A stretch of 64,000 bases of DNA from Octopus sinensis (taxonomy: Eukaryota), in NCBI RefSeq assembly GCF_006345805.1, contig NC_042998.1, positions 111,662,001 through 111,726,000 on the forward strand, in the 5' to 3' direction. This document shows, one piece after another, positions 60,641-64,000 of the stretch. Below the pieces are notes generated by a model. It saw only the letters and a list, made by a program, of their open reading frames with translations. It was not told where the DNA came from and ran no database searches. The position numbers and the translations under genes are program-made. Each line of letters begins with the position of its first letter. Positions within the stretch are counted from its first letter, which is position 1.

Positions 60641-63079
60641 TTTGCTGCAGTCGTGCCTCTTTCTTCCGAAATCAGCAAAAGGAATACCAATGAATTACTG
60701 AGGACAGCATAATTGCTACAACTCTTCCCTAATAAATAGCTTTGTACTTCTATCAGAAACTACTAATAATTCATATATTCTGTAGAAAGACAGACGAAAT
60801 ATTTTGCAGTATTAAGTTGTGTCCCTTTACGTCCCCTGTTCAAAATCCGCTGTGGTTGATTTCGTCTTTCAATCTATCTGAGGTCGACGAAAGAGAATAT
60901 CAATCAAGTATCGAGGTCGATGTCATCGACTATGGATTCTTTTGTTACTAAAATTTCTGGTTTCGCACTTGTGTAACAAATCATTAATTCCCGCAGCAGC
61001 AATCAGGTATTTCAGTCGACACTTTACTTATTACCATTACGTCCACTCGTAGTTTCGATTTTCTTGAATCTCGTTAGAGTTTCTTCTCGTTGTTTTGGTA
61101 TTTGCTGGTTGGTTAGGTGAAGAGTGTAATATCAACAGCTGTACCTTTACCTGCATATTGGTGTTATTACTTCGTGCCAACTGGTGGTGGTAAACTAAGC
61201 CTCTTTACTCAGCAATGGATCCCTACCACTCGTTGTACACATGAATAGCCATGATATTGACATTAAGTTTACTTTGGTTTGACCGGCCGCTACTGAAGTC
61301 AACATATGATATAGGTTTGTATATGTATATACATGTCAATTGTTGTCAGTGCTTGGATAGGAAGCCAGCTGTAGTTGTTTAACATGAAACTTTCTGTTAT
61401 GTTTATTCGTCAAACACAAAAATAGCACACACTCTTCTGAAAACTGAAATAACCCCTAATTTATATCTCACCTATCTACTATCTATCAACGATAATTTTT
61501 CTGAATAACTCACACCTGAATAGTAATTGTTTATTTACATGTTTTTCACACACATCCTTCTTAATATCATAGAATCGGCGGAGCACCGGGCAGAATGACT
61601 TTCATTAATATGTAATTATGTTTCTGTACATTTGGATTTCAAATCTCTTCTGGATCGACTTAGTCTTCCGTCCTTACGGGTTTGTTTTGTTTTCTTTTAT
61701 ATTTCCATTCACATGTGGGATTCATTTAGAAAGGCATAAACCGGTTCAGTTTATAGCTGGTATTTTATCACCCCCAGGATGTAAGGCAATGATCATTTCG
61801 GTTTGATTTGAATGCGGAACGTTGGTGAAATGAAGTACATTTCAAATACTGAAGTAAATATAGTCGACTACTTACTCTCATCTAAAATTTGAGGCCCCGT
61901 GACTAAGTTAGACACCAATACGATAGAATCTGTAGAACGTCGGACAAAATTATTTGTTTTAGTAATAAGTTACGACTCATGACATTTTGTGTTTAAATTT
62001 CGCTGATGTCTACTCTACTGCCTTACTGCTTTGATAAAGTACATGTTAAGTACTCGTACCGAAATAATTATTCACTTTTAACTGCGTGGTCACATACCTA
62101 TGTTAAATATCATTATGATAAAGTTGGTGTCAGTTTAATCGAGACTGATTTTCTTCACATATCTCACTGTAAACTATTAAGAGGGACTAATTGATATAAA
62201 TAATTTACTAGGTGTTTCTTAGCTGAACCAGCAAGTCGTGGGTATTTAAGTTTAGTTTAGTATACCTAACTCGGAAATTCACGTCCAGTTGCGGTGAACA
62301 TTTGCTCGAGATAATATAACCATAATTACCTTATTGGTTCACTGCAATTGATTGGCACCTTGTAAATCAAAATTGATTTTTGTGCGTTGTCCAACAAGAA
62401 TTTGTTTAAATAAATGTGACCATTCAGTAGTACTAATATAGGCTTATACAAATCTTATTGAAGTAATTCTATGTAATTTGCTATATATATTTTCTACTAA
62501 CTGCACTAGCACACTAATATAGTTGCTTTGAATTGTCTTTGCTCTTAATTGTCAGTCATTTATATACAATATAATAAACCAATCCTCTTTATATTTCTAA
62601 CGGACTGTTAGTTCTAACGAAGGGAGAATAACTTACAGTACCCAAGCTAGTGATGGCGTGTCGGTGAAATAAAATTTATTGAAATCCTGAATTAATACAT
62701 ATACCGTAAGAGGCAAGTTACAAGGTTTCATACCGGGCATATTTTTGCAAAGGCGTCTGCTGAGGTTTCAAACAGGGCCTTTCTTCAGAGATGGAATAAA
62801 GCTAGGCACAGTAGAGTCAAAGAATACGTTGAGCATCTACCCCACTTTGAACCCGCTTTGAACCGACATTGTCTACGCCAGTTAAAAAAACAAAACAAAA
62901 CAAAATAAACGCTTTTACTCGTACATTATACTAATTACTAAATACTCGCTGATGGGCATGATTGACTGTTTATGTTGCTTGCACGAAAACTTAGCTATGA
63001 AGTAGTAATCATCTTCACACATGTGTATGCGTGTATTTATGTACATAGCCGTTATTCTCTTTTTCAAAACAACTAGCCC

Positions 63080-63620
63080 CAGTTCAACCTTGATCGAAGT
63101 GACTTACGTTTCCCTTTTTTTTTTTCTATTAAATTACGTACTCAGTGATTTGAGGGGCGTTTAGTTGCCATTTCTAGCAGGTCGAGCTACTGCTTAGAGG
63201 TCTGCTCGTACTACCTTTAGTAATTATTGTTTGGACCCAGGTCAATCCTGATTAAGTAAACCTGATATTCCTGTCGAGAACATGTTCATCCCCCAACTCC
63301 GTCACACACCTTATGTTCTTAAGACTTGTATGGGTGTGGTTTTGGGAAAGAAACTTGGTTGCTATTTATATTCTGTATATATATATATATGTAGCAGGTT
63401 GAGCTCAGTTTGTATAATCTACAGTTGTTATTGTTGTTTAGCCGAGGTCAGCTAAGATCAAAAGCATTCTAAAAAAAGACTATCTCGATTGGTTTATTTT
63501 GGGTTTTTCTTTCTTCCGAAGCTTAGTATTTCTCAGCTTATGTTATCTAACGTATTCTTCCTTTTATAAGATGGTTTAATGATGTGAAGGATAGTTACTT
63601 AGTTGCTATTTCTAAACGGT
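63080..63620 (+). repeat. Three tandem copies of repeat family D
   Basis: CCCAGGTCA..CCTGAT...GATTTG...GCTATTT repeated at about 63080, 63230 and 63440. Confidence 0.6.
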
Positions 63621-63777
63621 TACATAGAATCTCCCACTATCAGTAAGGTGAGAGATAGTGTTAAGTGAACCACCAAATTGGAAATACCTTGCCGAAATAC
63701 ATCAGAGATTTACTAGGAGTAGATGTGGCTTTATCCAAAATAGACTTTGACATATTTCTATCTCAGCTGTCAGATGA

Positions 63778-64000
63778 GGATCATCATCATCATCATCATC
63801 ATTTAGCGTCCGTTTTCCATGCTAGCATGGGTTGGACGGTTCAACTGGGGTCTGTGAAGCTGGAAGGCTTCATCAGGCCCAGTCAGATCTGGCAGTGTTT
63901 CTATGGCTGGATGCCCTTCCTAACGCCAACCACTCCGTGAGTGTAGTGGGTGCTTTTTACGTGCCACCCGCACAGGTGCCAGACAGAGCTGGCAAACGGC
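63778..64000 (-). mobile_element. RTE 3' end with (GAT)n tail, running off the window
   Basis: (CAT)n-TTTAGCGTCCGTTTTCCATGCTAGCATGGGTTGG...GTGCCACCCGCACAGGTGCCAGAC matches 30284-30500. Confidence 0.88.

Overview
AT-rich eukaryotic DNA, very probably an Octopus (cephalopod) genome. This is inferred from the SINE/MITE families and the microsatellite load; it was not checked against a database. One host protein-coding gene is well supported: a six-coding-exon APH-1 (gamma-secretase subunit, 266 aa) on the minus strand at 21743-34790, with intron phases 2,2,1,1,0. The rest is mostly transposon-derived: RTE, R4/Dong-like, Tx1/L1, CR1-like and CRE-like non-LTR elements, Tc1/mariner copies, hAT and TTAA MITEs, a Helitron-like element, several tRNA-headed SINE families and long microsatellites. 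The most unusual object is a head-to-head inverted dimer of a tRNA-headed SINE (52394-52920). It inserted as one unit with a single 13-bp TSD, and each arm ends in a Penelope-type minimal hammerhead ribozyme motif. Several local template-switch fold-backs and a PHD finger embedded in the RTE reverse transcriptase are also visible. All family assignments come from recognising motifs by eye; element boundaries without TIR/TSD support are approximate.
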